Shown here: piece by piece, positions 7,286 to 16,975 of the stretch
Position numbering within the stretch: the stretch's first letter is position 1
Layout: the number at the start of each line of letters is the position of its first letter
Source of the DNA: Pseudomonadota bacterium
GTDB lineage: Bacteria > Bdellovibrionota > FAC87 > UBA2466
DNA: 24,037 bases
Reading direction: 5' to 3'
Assembly: GCA_043767805.1 (NCBI GenBank)
Contig: JAYUGC010000159.1
Location: 1 to 24,037, forward strand
The notes under the pieces: model-generated
Database searches by the model: none
What the model saw: only the letters and a program-made list of their open reading frames with translations
What the model was told of the DNA's origin: nothing
Program-made: the position numbers and the translations under genes

Positions 7286-8652
7286 TGAAAATCAAAAACG
7301 TAATACTGTCTGTCTCGTTCGTGGGTGTTTTACTCGCTGGCTGTAGCCACGGTCCCGTGGTGCAGGATTATGCCACCACGGCTAGTCCCGCCGAGGAGCT
7401 GACGAAGCTCAACCTCGACATGGACCTCGCCGTAAAGAATCAGGTGGATGCCCTTTCACCGACGCATTTCAACGAAGCCAGAGGGGCACAGTCCGACGCC
7501 AAGAACAGCCTGGAAAAACAACGCGACCCGAAAGACACGCTTCACAAAATCGCGGAGAGCCGGGCCTACCTGAACATGGCCACCAAGGCCTCCGAGCTGT
7601 CGCACCAAAACATGGAAGACGTGGTTAGCGCGCGCCTCGCGGCCGTGACCGCAGGAGCACCTGGCTATTTCAAAAGTGATTTTCAGCGCATCGACGGCAA
7701 CCTCAAGGACGTCACCACGGACCTCGAGAAGAACGATACGGCTAGCGCCGCTCAGCGACGGTCCGAGTTTCAGGCGGCTTACCTAGCCATCGAGCTCAGA
7801 GCCATCAAGCACGCCAATCTCGAAGCGGCCCGCAGCGCCGTCACCTTGGCCAAAAAAGAAGGCGCGAGCGAGTATGCTCCCCGAAGCCTGGCCATAGCGG
7901 AGAAGAGTCTCCTGGATACGGAAGCCTTCATCACGGCAAACCGTCACGACGCGGCTAACGTATCCACCCGCTCGGCGCAGTCTTTGGCCTCGGCCAATCA
8001 CGTCCTCAAAATCAACCGCGACTCCAAAGCCGGAAAAAAAGTCTCGTCGGAAGACGCCGCTTTGACTCTCGAGGGCGCGCAGACCCAAGCGACTCAAGCT
8101 CGTTCCCAGCTCGTCGATACAAAAGTGGAGCTCGCGGACTCGCAAGAAGAGCTGAACAGCGAAAAAGGGGCCAACCGAGCCCTTAGCGCGGAAAACAAGA
8201 GCTTGGAGTCCGACCAAACCTTCAACGAAAGCTTCGAGGAAGCCCGCGCCGAGTTCACGAAGGAAGAAGCGGAAGTCTACAAGCAAGGCAACACGCTGAT
8301 GATTCGTCTCAGAGGCCTCGAATTTCCGACGTCTCAGGCCGTCATCAAAGGATCCAACTTCGCTTTGCTTTCAAAATTGAGCAAAGTGATTCAGGGGTTC
8401 GGTAAGAGCAAGGTGATCATCGAAGGACATACCGATTCCGTCGGCGATAAGGACAAGAACGAGAAGCTCTCTTCCGAGCGCGCCGAAGCAGTGAGAGATT
8501 ACCTCGCGTCGAACGGCGTGACGGCAACCGACCTTACGGCCATCGGTTATGGTTACCAAAAGCCTTTGGGCACCAATAAGACCAAGGAAGGCCGGGCGCA
8601 GAATCGCCGGGTGGATGTTCGCATCTCGCCCGCTAAGACCGCGACGCTCTGA
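7285..8652 (+). CDS. OmpA-family lipoprotein with helical N-terminal region
   Basis: Lipobox LLAGC. C-terminal OmpA peptidoglycan-binding motifs IEGHTDSVG, NEKLSSERAEAV and GRAQNRRV. Confidence 0.92.
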   Translation: MKIKNVILSVSFVGVLLAGCSHGPVVQDYATTASPAEELTKLNLDMDLAVKNQVDALSPTHFNEARGAQSDAKNSLEKQRDPKDTLHKIAESRAYLNMATKASELSHQNMEDVVSARLAAVTAGAPGYFKSDFQRIDGNLKDVTTDLEKNDTASAAQRRSEFQAAYLAIELRAIKHANLEAARSAVTLAKKEGASEYAPRSLAIAEKSLLDTEAFITANRHDAANVSTRSAQSLASANHVLKINRDSKAGKKVSSEDAALTLEGAQTQATQARSQLVDTKVELADSQEELNSEKGANRALSAENKSLESDQTFNESFEEARAEFTKEEAEVYKQGNTLMIRLRGLEFPTSQAVIKGSNFALLSKLSKVIQGFGKSKVIIEGHTDSVGDKDKNEKLSSERAEAVRDYLASNGVTATDLTAIGYGYQKPLGTNKTKEGRAQNRRVDVRISPAKTATL

Positions 8653-8674
8653 TTCGTCTCTGTGAGACTTAAGC

Positions 8675-8711
8675 AAGAGCCGGGATCGCCAAAAGCGGTC
8701 CTGGCTTTTTT
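8675..8711 (+). terminator. Rho-independent terminator after the OmpA gene
   Basis: Stem GCCGGGATCGC (8679-8689)/GCGGTCCTGGC (8695-8705) with G-U pairs, followed by T6. Confidence 0.8.
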
Positions 8712-8750
8712 GCGTTTGGCTAAAAGTATCCAACCTTCCTCGGGGAAAGC

Positions 8751-8966
8751 TCAGTCCAGCGGCTTCCAGGGCCCGAACGGCGCGCCCGCTTTTTCCTCGG
8801 CCATCCGGTAGCGGCGCAATTTCTTGTCGAGCTGATACATCCGGCGCGAGCTCTTATCGAAATAGACGTCGACCGTGACTGCCGCGAGACTTTCCGAATA
8901 GACCTCGTCGGAGAGTGAGACGCCCGTCTGCTTCAGCTCGAACTTTCGAAAAATTTCTTCTCTCAT
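8751..8966 (-). CDS. Hypothetical protein (71 aa)
   Basis: Fills the gap between the terminator and the divergent SGNH gene; protein-like composition; no family recognised. Confidence 0.6.
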   Translation of the reverse strand: MREEIFRKFELKQTGVSLSDEVYSESLAAVTVDVYFDKSSRRMYQLDKKLRRYRMAEEKAGAPFGPWKPLD

Positions 8967-9052
8967 TGGCCTGCGAGTTTAGCTCTCAGACACCCCTCGT
9001 CAGTAGTCGCTCCGCGTTAGGTCTAAACCCTCGAATTTACCGATAAGCCTAG

Positions 9053-10021
9053 GTGGATCGCGCCTCTACCTTACTTCTCGCCGCTTTGATCTTTCTGCCG
9101 CGCCCAGCGGCGGCGCGAGGGCATACCGTTCCACATCCGTCGCTCGGCTATCGCTTCCGCCCCAATGCCAACGAGGTTTCCGAAAAACGAGTCCATTCGA
9201 GGCTCATTTACCGAGTGACCTATCGAGCCGATGCTCTGGGCCGACGCCTTACGCCGGTGACTGGAGAAGGAAGAGCTCAGTTCGCGATTTTCTTCGGCGA
9301 TTCGAACGTGTTTGGAGAGGGCTTGCACGACCAGGACACCCTTCCCGTTCGCTTCGCCCAAGCCGCGCCTCAGTTCGCCCCCTATAACTACGGCTTCTCG
9401 GGCTGGGGTCCGGCCCACACCCTTCTCCTACTCCAGAACCCAAAGCTGGAAAAAGAAATCCCTGAGAAGCAGGGCATCGGCTTCTTCGGCTACTACGCGT
9501 TTCACAAAGATCGCGTTCAGGGAGACACGAAAGTTATCGACTGGTCCCAGGGAACCTATCCTTGCTTCGAGCTCGACGACAACGGCCGAGCGATCTTCCA
9601 GGGCTCTTTCGCAAAACGCTTTCCCTACCGCGTTTGGCTCGCGAAAAAAGTAGAGCCGTGGGTAAAGCGCTTTTCGCCAGGGACGGCCTTTCCTTTGCGG
9701 CTGGGGAGCCGCAGCCGAGAAGAGCTCACGTGTGAGATCCTCACGGAATCCAAAACGGAGTTCGAAAAGCGCTTTCCGGGAAGTCCCTTCGTCGTCGTAC
9801 TCATGCCCAACAAAAGCGCGGTCGATCCCATCCAAGAGACTTGCCTCGCACCGCGAGGAATCATGAGCCTCGACTTACGCCAGTCCCTGCCGAAAGGGAA
9901 GGAAGGCGACTACGTCTACCCTTTCGACGGCCATCTAAATCAAGCGGGCGCCGCCTTCGTGGCGAAAAAGATCGCGGAATGGACAGCGTCGCGCAACCGC
10001 TCGCTCGCCGGCCGCCGATAA
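9053..10021 (+). CDS. SGNH/GDSL hydrolase-family protein, probably exported
   Basis: Block I FFGDSNVFGEG, block II NYGFSGWG, block V DGHLN; signal-like N-terminus. Confidence 0.85.
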   Translation: MDRASTLLLAALIFLPRPAAARGHTVPHPSLGYRFRPNANEVSEKRVHSRLIYRVTYRADALGRRLTPVTGEGRAQFAIFFGDSNVFGEGLHDQDTLPVRFAQAAPQFAPYNYGFSGWGPAHTLLLLQNPKLEKEIPEKQGIGFFGYYAFHKDRVQGDTKVIDWSQGTYPCFELDDNGRAIFQGSFAKRFPYRVWLAKKVEPWVKRFSPGTAFPLRLGSRSREELTCEILTESKTEFEKRFPGSPFVVVLMPNKSAVDPIQETCLAPRGIMSLDLRQSLPKGKEGDYVYPFDGHLNQAGAAFVAKKIAEWTASRNRSLAGRR

Positions 10022-10025
10022 ACCC

Positions 10026-10487
10026 TTAAGTTCGAAGCACGGACCGAAGCACCTCGACGAGGAAACGATGGGACTCGACGAATTTCCGCGTCGTTTCGGA
10101 GTCCATGGTATCGCCAAGCTTTCTGTAGGCGGCGTGTAGTCTCGCCCGAGCCTGCTTGATGGCGAGCCTCCCCTTGCGAGTGGGCGCGACCGAGACCACG
10201 CGATCGTCCTCTGGAGAACGTTGACGGGTCACGTAGCCGGCCGTCACCAGACGTTTTACCGTCTCGCTCAAGGTGCTCTGACCGAGGCCGAGACTGCGGG
10301 AGATCTCCGACATAGTCATCGCTTTGCCCGACAGAGCCAGGCTCTGTAGCACTTTGAACTGCTGAGGAGTGATGTCCCCTTCGGGCACCCAGGAATTTAA
10401 ACGGAGCAGGTGCTGCAGAAGCTGAGGCGATAGCTCGGCCAATTGCTTGGCTTCGCTCGCCGATTTCTTGGTCGTTTTGGTCGGCAT
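10026..10487 (-). CDS. MarR-family transcriptional regulator
   Basis: ITPQQFKVL...TMSEISRSLGLGQSTLSETVKRLVTAGYVTRQRSPEDDRVV...TRKG. Probable start is ATG 10487 (track start 10526). Confidence 0.92.
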   Translation of the reverse strand: MPTKTTKKSASEAKQLAELSPQLLQHLLRLNSWVPEGDITPQQFKVLQSLALSGKAMTMSEISRSLGLGQSTLSETVKRLVTAGYVTRQRSPEDDRVVSVAPTRKGRLAIKQARARLHAAYRKLGDTMDSETTRKFVESHRFLVEVLRSVLRT

Positions 10488-10537
10488 GATCCCGCCATAG
10501 TACCCGGCGAGACTCATTCCGAGCACCGCAATGTGCG

Positions 10538-12094
10538 TTAGTAGATCGTAACTGAGCCGGCCAGGGCCGCGCCGCCATTGCAGACCGTTCCCGTCGAGAC
10601 CGACTGAGCGAAAATCCGCACGTTTTTCAATCCGGCGTACGAGTAGTACACGCCGAGCGGAGGATAAAGCGGATACACAGGGCCTCCCGACGTCCAGGCC
10701 TCGCCCGGATCGAAGCTGGTGACTTTCAGCGGCTCGCCCGTGGCGGCCGTGACGTAGAAGATGACCGTCTGACCGACGTAAGGGTACTGAGGCCAGTAGC
10801 TCGCGTAACAGGTCAGAGCCGAACTGCTTCCCGATCCGAACTGAATCGTGACCGGGCTGGTCTTGTAAATCGAAGCGTTGGAGGCGCTCGTGGCCGTGAC
10901 GTTAAGCACGAGGCTAGCCGCGTATTGGCTGCTCACGTAGAAAACACCCGTTCCACCCGTGTAGTAAGTCACGCCCGAAGCCGGGGCGCTCACGAGGGAC
11001 AAAGCGTAAATCGGATCGCTGATCCCGCTGGCTACCGCCGACACAGTCACGGTGCTGCCGACCGCAACGACTCCGGTGGGAGACGCGGTCACGGCCAGGG
11101 AATAGCCCGAAGAGCCCGATCCCGTGAAGACGATGGGCACACTCAAAGTCAAAGTTCCGACTCCGCTGGAGTTGGAAACGAGCGTGACGTTCACATAGAC
11201 CGTCGTGGCGACGGAGCTATAAACGTAACCGCTCGTGCCCGAGCCCGACACGCTGACGCCGGTCTGAGAGTAGCTCTGAGAGAAAGAGTAAACCGGGTTC
11301 ACGATGGTGCTGGACGCTACGCTCAAGGTTACCGTGGCGCCGACCGTCGCGGTCGCCGACGGAGACACCGTTACCGTGTAAGACCCGTTCGTAAAAGTAT
11401 TGGTGCCCGACGAGGATCCCGTGAAATAGAGAGTGACATTGAGGCGACTCACGGCGGCGCCGCTGGCGTTTGAGACCATCGTAACTGTGACGTTCGCCGT
11501 CGTGGCCACCGTGCTCGTGACCGTCGCCGTAGTTCCCGATCCGGTAACCGTCACTCCCGAGACGGTAGAAGTCTGAACGAAAGAATAGACCGGGCTCGTC
11601 ACGCTAGGCGCGCTTACGGAAAGCGTGATGGTGCTGCCCACGGTCGCCGTAGCCGAAGGAGACGCGGTTACCGTGAAGGTACCGTTAGAGAAAGTGTTCG
11701 TGCCGGAGCCGCCGGAGCCCGCGGAGATGACACAAGCCGCGGTTTTACTCGTCGCCGTATCCGTGACGGAGACCTGAGACGTAACTCCGCCCGAGGCGCC
11801 CGTCGTTACCGTAAAGTTGTTCGCGTACGTATAAGCGATGGAGGCGCTCGAAACGGTTCCCACAGTGGGGACGACCATCGAGTAGGGCCCACCCTGCCCG
11901 TTCAAGACTTGCACCGAGAGGTTATTTAAAACCACCGAGGTGTTTGCGGTGGCGGTGTTTCCCGAGACGACCGATGCCGAAGCGTAGCAGGTCATGTCTC
12001 CCGAGGATTGTTTTGTGCTGCTACTGCAACCCGAAAGAACGGCTACCGTAAGAGTGAGAAGTATCAAACCGTGCTTAAAAAACGATTGCTTCAT
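10538..12094 (-). CDS. Ser/Thr/Val-rich surface lipoprotein with tandem Ig-like beta repeats
   Basis: ATG 12094 after GAGGA, lipobox VLSGC. Repeats of about 99 aa (GTNTFSNGTFTVTASPSATATVG and GTNTFTNGSYTVTVSPSATATVG, 297 bp apart) plus a third diverged copy. Confidence 0.85.
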   Translation of the reverse strand: MKQSFFKHGLILLTLTVAVLSGCSSSTKQSSGDMTCYASASVVSGNTATANTSVVLNNLSVQVLNGQGGPYSMVVPTVGTVSSASIAYTYANNFTVTTGASGGVTSQVSVTDTATSKTAACVISAGSGGSGTNTFSNGTFTVTASPSATATVGSTITLSVSAPSVTSPVYSFVQTSTVSGVTVTGSGTTATVTSTVATTANVTVTMVSNASGAAVSRLNVTLYFTGSSSGTNTFTNGSYTVTVSPSATATVGATVTLSVASSTIVNPVYSFSQSYSQTGVSVSGSGTSGYVYSSVATTVYVNVTLVSNSSGVGTLTLSVPIVFTGSGSSGYSLAVTASPTGVVAVGSTVTVSAVASGISDPIYALSLVSAPASGVTYYTGGTGVFYVSSQYAASLVLNVTATSASNASIYKTSPVTIQFGSGSSSALTCYASYWPQYPYVGQTVIFYVTAATGEPLKVTSFDPGEAWTSGGPVYPLYPPLGVYYSYAGLKNVRIFAQSVSTGTVCNGGAALAGSVTIY

Positions 12095-12148
12095 ATGTCC
12101 GTTCCTCGATGCTGCTACGTTCTCAATCGATGCGTTTGTGGTTAAAGA

Positions 12149-12166
12149 TTGCAAACCAAACGCCAG
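12149..12166 (-). promoter_or_regulatory. Sigma-54 (-24/-12) promoter candidate for the surface lipoprotein gene
   Basis: Minus strand CTGGCGTTTGGTTTGCAA = TGGC-N7-TTGCA with GG-N10-GC spacing; predicted start near 12139. Confidence 0.65.
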
Positions 12167-12633
12167 TTGCCCCATGCCTAATTAGTACACAAAAAGCGCA
12201 ATTCCACTGACAGGGGGCACCCCCTACCGCGAATAACCGAAACAATCGGAGCAGATCGGCGTGACGTCTTTCTGGACAGGGGGCGAGTGGCGTGCGTTCA
12301 CCGACCTAAAAGTTTGATTTGACTGGGCAAAGGCGCTTCGTGCCTGAGTGCCCAAAAGCTTCCAAAAAGCTATCTATTCGGACCCCGTTTATTTCGTTTT
12401 TAGAACATATATTACTATTAATTACAATATCTTACGATTATTAATGAACTGTTTCAAATAGACACGATTCCGAGAGAATGCAGCCCTTGCCGGGAAACTC
12501 GCTTCTTTCCTGTATCTAAGTCAGGTACCCCTTCCCACACGCAAAACTAATCAATACGTCTCAGTGGCCCGACGATTCTGACGCATAGACCGCGTGAGTA
12601 CAGGGGTAACCCCGCAGGCGCGAGCGATTAAGG

Positions 12634-12650
12634 CTGGTCCGCTTTCTGCA
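12634..12650 (+). promoter_or_regulatory. Sigma-54 promoter candidate for the glucoamylase-like gene
   Basis: CTGGTCCGCTTTCTGCA has GG-N10-GC spacing; the predicted +1 coincides with the GTG at 12661. Confidence 0.5.
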
Positions 12651-12660
12651 CTCCTTTGCC

Positions 12661-14220
12661 GTGGGGGCCGACATCATTCACAAAACCATTTTCTTTTGGA
12701 TCTGCTGTATCGCTTTAATCTCGGCCGTGCCGAGCAAGGCGGTGCTTTGCCTTGACGCCTTCGAGACGATTGCCCTCGAGTCCCTCCAATTGGCGACCGG
12801 TGAATTTACCGTTCTGCCATTCCGCCCTCGCAGCGCCTTCGCTAAAAAACTTTCGCCCGAGGCGAAAGCCCAATACGAGCGCTACCTCGCCGATACCTTT
12901 CGCGGCCATCAAGCGATGCGCGGGCAAAATGGTCTCATTATGGATACAGTCTTTCTGGCCCAGGACGGAAACGGTGGGTTTCAAACCGTGCCTTACAAAA
13001 CAGGCGCCGCGCCGACGGACATTGGGCTCGATCTCATCCTTCAAGTAGGAATGGCAAAGCGCCCCGAGACCAAGGAGCAGGCGACTCAGAATATCGAGCG
13101 TGTTATGGAGACGCTGGAGCAATTGCCCGAGCACCAAGCAACCGGACTATTTTATCGGCTATATGAAACCAGGCCTTCGCCCTGGAAGCCCGTCATCGAT
13201 GCCGACGTTTCCTCCGTCGACAATATTCACCTAGCCCTCGGGCTTTGGACCGTCGCCCAAAATTTCCCCGGTACTCCGATTGCCGCCCGCGCTGAAAAGA
13301 GACTGTCTCGGATGAATTTTTCCGCGTTCTACGATCCGCAGTTGAAGCTCCTGGGAGGCAATCTAAAGAACGAAACCTCAGAGACCGGAGAGGCGTGGAG
13401 ACTCGAGCCGTATCGCTATCATTTTGGTACTGAGGCCCGTTCGGTCTATACATTGGGGCATGCCATGGGACTTTTCCGTGACCATGTCGACGGTAATGCC
13501 CTCCAAGCGGCCCTAGCGGAAATCCCGATCGAGCTACGGCGGCGCGGAACGCACGATCACGTTCTCGTCTGGAACGGAGGAGTCTTTCAAGCCCTCCTCC
13601 CCCGCGCCCTCGCGAACGAAGAGCTCTATTCAAAGTTGATGAAGGAAAGCGCCGGTAACGTAGGCAAGTACATGTTGAGCCAAGGACCCTATTTACCGGC
13701 CGCCGAAGGGCGCGGCTTTCGTTTACCCGCGGGCCACTCGGCCTCGGTAACCGGCGTGGATACTTCACCTGATCTTTTCGTGACCTACAATGGTGAGCTC
13801 GGAGGAAGGCCCTTCAAGGTCACGGCAAACCCGAATACCATGGACGATTCCATCGTGACCATGCACGCAGTCCTGCTCGGCGCCTCCGTCAATCCGGTCG
13901 CCTTCGCTCCGCGCTTAGCCAAGCTCGAAACGCTGGAGAGAAACGGCAGCCGCCTCTACTTGAAGGGCTTCGGCTGGGTCGATTCGACGACGCTCATAAC
14001 CGTAGAAGGCAAGAAGCGGGAGACTCAGCCCAACTCCGCCGGGGTCGGTGTGGATAAAGGCATCGAGCTGCTTTCGCTGCTTCAAATTTTAGACAAGGAC
14101 GGCATGAGCGTGTCGGGGAAAGCGCTCGCGGACAATCCGGTCGCTTCCGGGCGGCTACGCGAAGCGTTTGGCATCATCGACCAGCGCTGGTCGGCGAGCC
14201 GGCCGAAAATACCTCGCTAG
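12661..14220 (+). CDS. Secreted glucoamylase-like (alpha/alpha)6 glycoside hydrolase, GH144-related
   Basis: Signal peptide plus motifs SSVDNIHL, FGTEARS, WNGGVFQALLP, VTMHA, GFGWVDS and VDKG, recalling the PF10091/DUF3131 families. Substrate uncertain. Confidence 0.7.
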   Translation: MGADIIHKTIFFWICCIALISAVPSKAVLCLDAFETIALESLQLATGEFTVLPFRPRSAFAKKLSPEAKAQYERYLADTFRGHQAMRGQNGLIMDTVFLAQDGNGGFQTVPYKTGAAPTDIGLDLILQVGMAKRPETKEQATQNIERVMETLEQLPEHQATGLFYRLYETRPSPWKPVIDADVSSVDNIHLALGLWTVAQNFPGTPIAARAEKRLSRMNFSAFYDPQLKLLGGNLKNETSETGEAWRLEPYRYHFGTEARSVYTLGHAMGLFRDHVDGNALQAALAEIPIELRRRGTHDHVLVWNGGVFQALLPRALANEELYSKLMKESAGNVGKYMLSQGPYLPAAEGRGFRLPAGHSASVTGVDTSPDLFVTYNGELGGRPFKVTANPNTMDDSIVTMHAVLLGASVNPVAFAPRLAKLETLERNGSRLYLKGFGWVDSTTLITVEGKKRETQPNSAGVGVDKGIELLSLLQILDKDGMSVSGKALADNPVASGRLREAFGIIDQRWSASRPKIPR

Positions 14221-14229
14221 GACAAAGAT

Positions 14230-16014
14230 CTATTTCTTCGCGACTTCCTCGACGATGCGATCGACTTTCGCCCGGAGCTGTCCGGGATCAAAAATCGGAA
14301 GCGAGCAGCTACTTGCCGTGCAGGCAAATGCCGCTGCCTTCGCAAGGTCTGGATACGTCACCGTTTGATTGGGAAGCTTTCCCTCAGCCCGATCCCACCA
14401 GTCGAGCCGCATATAGCCCGAGGGATATTTGAGAGCGGCCTCCATGAGACGCCTCGCGCCTTCATCCCCCTTGCCCCCGACGACCGTCAGATGCACAGGC
14501 GGGTGCTGAAGCTCCCAGTTGGCAATCAACACAGGAGCCGCGGTGCCATCTTCCGCAATCTCAGGCACCGCGAGATAGCGCATCGCCGTTTCGGCCATCG
14601 AGCGATGAGCCGGGTTTCCCGTGTAGTGATGGAGCAGGTTTGCAAAACGAACGAGACGTCCATTCTCATCCCGATTCGGCTTTGCGCCCAGGATGCCGGC
14701 CGCCGAGGCGGAAGCCGTGTAACCCAGAGCCTGATCGCCGCGCCGGTGGGCGAATTTGGTTTGTAGGAATGCCGCCACGGATTCCGCTTTTTTCAGATAA
14801 TCCCGGGAGCCCGTCCCTCCATAGAGCGCGAGATAGGCCTGACCCATGGCCAAACTATCGTCGAGATACGGTCCGCCTTGATCCTTTTCCCGGTGGCGAA
14901 AGCCTCCGCCGGGCAAAGCCCGCTGCGTTTCCGCCCAAAGCGCGGCTTTTTCGGCCCGTTCCAGGTACTCTTTCTTTCCGGTCGCGCCGTAGAGAAGCGC
15001 AAGCGATCGAATCATCCAGCCGTTCTCCCGCGCGTACTGATTTTTATCAATGGCGGGAATGCCGAGCTTTCGCCTAACCGCGTCCTTCTTTTTGAAATAC
15101 TCCGCGGAGTGCTCTCCCTTTTTTAGATCGGCGTCCTGACTGACGTAGAAGCCACCTTCGGGCGAGGTCAGAAACTCATGCACGTAGCGCGCGATGGCTT
15201 CCGCCGTTTTCAAGTGCGCTTTTTCACCCCAAAGCGCGTAGGCGAGAGAGTAAAGGCGGATATTTTCAGCCTGAAAACGAATGAGCTTTTCGAAATGCGG
15301 CTCGTTCCATCCCTCAGCGGAATACTGGTAGATCCCTCCCCAAACCGGATCGAGAAGCTTCTGTTGGAGATTCAGAGTCGCCCTGACGCGTTTTTCCTCT
15401 TCCCTATCTCCCTGTCTCGCCGAAAGGATCGCCCACTCGGCCAAATCCCAGTCCATGAACTTGTGGCGCTCGCCCCAGCCGCCGTACTTCTTGTCGTAGT
15501 TGTCCTTATGGTAGCCGCGCAACTTTCCTTCGAGCTCAGCCGAGAGAAACACGCCGGTGGGAACCGTCCAGGGTTTTTCGGCTTCGACGGAAGGCCCTGG
15601 ACTGGGATCGTCGATGATGGCTTGAAGGAGATTCGCCATCCGATCGGGCTCGATATAACCCCGGCGCTTGACGATTTCCTGACCCGCTCCGTCAAAAACG
15701 ACGGTGGCCGGCCATCCGTACTCTTCGTAACGCAGGGACAGATCGGGGCGAGAGTCCTGATCGACGCGGACCGGCAGATACCTTGCCTTCACCAGCGCCA
15801 CCACTTTGGGATCGCGGTAGGTTTTCTCATCCATGACGTGGCACCAGTGACACCACACGGCTTCAAGATAGAGCAGCACGAAGCGGTTCTCTGTCTTGGC
15901 TTGGGTAAAGACGTCGTCCGTCCAGGGCTTCCAATCGACCAAGGACGCGGAGCTTCCGAAAGCCCGCGCGCCGAGCAGTAAGATTACGACGAGAAATTTA
16001 GCTTTCACGGTCAT
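14230..16014 (-). CDS. DUF255 thioredoxin-domain protein (YyaL/SPATA20-like), with signal peptide
   Basis: WCHWCHVMD, GWPATV, DPVWGGIYQYS and PHFEKL motifs. Probable start MTVKAK at 16014 (track start 16041). Confidence 0.9.
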   Translation of the reverse strand: MTVKAKFLVVILLLGARAFGSSASLVDWKPWTDDVFTQAKTENRFVLLYLEAVWCHWCHVMDEKTYRDPKVVALVKARYLPVRVDQDSRPDLSLRYEEYGWPATVVFDGAGQEIVKRRGYIEPDRMANLLQAIIDDPSPGPSVEAEKPWTVPTGVFLSAELEGKLRGYHKDNYDKKYGGWGERHKFMDWDLAEWAILSARQGDREEEKRVRATLNLQQKLLDPVWGGIYQYSAEGWNEPHFEKLIRFQAENIRLYSLAYALWGEKAHLKTAEAIARYVHEFLTSPEGGFYVSQDADLKKGEHSAEYFKKKDAVRRKLGIPAIDKNQYARENGWMIRSLALLYGATGKKEYLERAEKAALWAETQRALPGGGFRHREKDQGGPYLDDSLAMGQAYLALYGGTGSRDYLKKAESVAAFLQTKFAHRRGDQALGYTASASAAGILGAKPNRDENGRLVRFANLLHHYTGNPAHRSMAETAMRYLAVPEIAEDGTAAPVLIANWELQHPPVHLTVVGGKGDEGARRLMEAALKYPSGYMRLDWWDRAEGKLPNQTVTYPDLAKAAAFACTASSCSLPIFDPGQLRAKVDRIVEEVAKK

Positions 16015-16081
16015 CCCCCATACCAAATTCAAAACGATCATGAGATTCTAGCACGATCAAATTCTTCCCCTTGGAGTAACT

Positions 16082-16669
16082 ATGACCGGAAAAAGCCTCC
16101 TGGTTTCGATAGCGATTCTCACTTTCTCGCTCGCGGCTAGCGCCGATAAGTACAAAATCGACGCTTCCCACTCCGAACTCGGATTCAAAGTGAAACACTT
16201 AGGCATCTCCACCGTGACCGGAAAGTTCAAGACCTACACGGGCGGCTTTCACTACGATCCGAAGACCGGAAAGCTCTCCGACGTAAAAGCCGAGATCGAG
16301 GCGACCTCCATCGATACGAATGAGCCCGAGCGCGACAAGCACCTTCGCTCCGCGGATTTCTTTGACGTGGAGAAAAGCCCCAAGATCACCTTCGAGTCCA
16401 CCAAAGTGGAAGAAGCCGGCAAGAAGCCCTCGAAGATCGTCGGCAAACTCACCCTCCACGGCGTCACCAAGGAAGTGACCCTCAACGTGGAATGGGGCGG
16501 CGCCGCGGAAGATCCGTGGGGCAACCAGCGTGTCGCTTTCAGCGCGACCGGCATGATCGACCGCAGCGAGTTCGGATTAAAGTGGAATAAGGGCGTCAAA
16601 AAGGCGGCGGGACTCTTGGTCGCCAACGAAGTTAAGCTCGCCCTCGAAATCGAAGGCTTAAAAGAATAA
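16082..16669 (+). CDS. yceI: YceI-family periplasmic lipid/polyisoprenoid-binding protein
   Basis: YKIDASHSELGFKVKHLGISTVTGKF, RDKHLRSADFFD, GKLTLHGVTKEV and DPWG motifs; signal peptide; RBS GGAG. Confidence 0.95.
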   Translation: MTGKSLLVSIAILTFSLAASADKYKIDASHSELGFKVKHLGISTVTGKFKTYTGGFHYDPKTGKLSDVKAEIEATSIDTNEPERDKHLRSADFFDVEKSPKITFESTKVEEAGKKPSKIVGKLTLHGVTKEVTLNVEWGGAAEDPWGNQRVAFSATGMIDRSEFGLKWNKGVKKAAGLLVANEVKLALEIEGLKE

Positions 16670-16693
16670 CGTCCCTCACTTAAAGGAATCACC

Positions 16694-16975
16694 ATGACTC
16701 ACAAAAGAGGGTTACTTCTTGGCGCAGCCCTTACCGGCCTTCTCACCGTCGCGGCTTGCAGCTCGGGCGGCTCGACCACGGACTCCGCGAGTCCCGCGGT
16801 GGACTCTGGCGCGACGGGCGAGTGCCACGGCATCAATAGCTGCAAAGGCACCGGCGATTGCGGCGGCAAAGGCTACTCCTGCGCGGGGAAAAATGCGTGC
16901 AAGGGCCAGGGCTGGCTGAAGCTGAAAAAAGCCGAGTGCGAGAAAAAGGGCGGCAAGTTCAAAGCTGACGCCTAA
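16694..16975 (+). CDS. Cys-rich BufA2-like (bufferin-type) precursor, lipoprotein form
   Basis: CHGINSCKGTGDC...CAGKNACKGQGW...CEKKGG core; lipobox-like TVAAC; RBS AAGGA. Confidence 0.8.
   Translation: MTHKRGLLLGAALTGLLTVAACSSGGSTTDSASPAVDSGATGECHGINSCKGTGDCGGKGYSCAGKNACKGQGWLKLKKAECEKKGGKFKADA

Noticed and set aside
15178..15981. 267-aa + strand ORF and similar long antisense ORFs (e.g. 22492-23265, 17932-18501, 10925-11473)
   Set aside because: These are shadows of well-supported genes on the opposite strand in GC-rich DNA, with no recognisable motifs.
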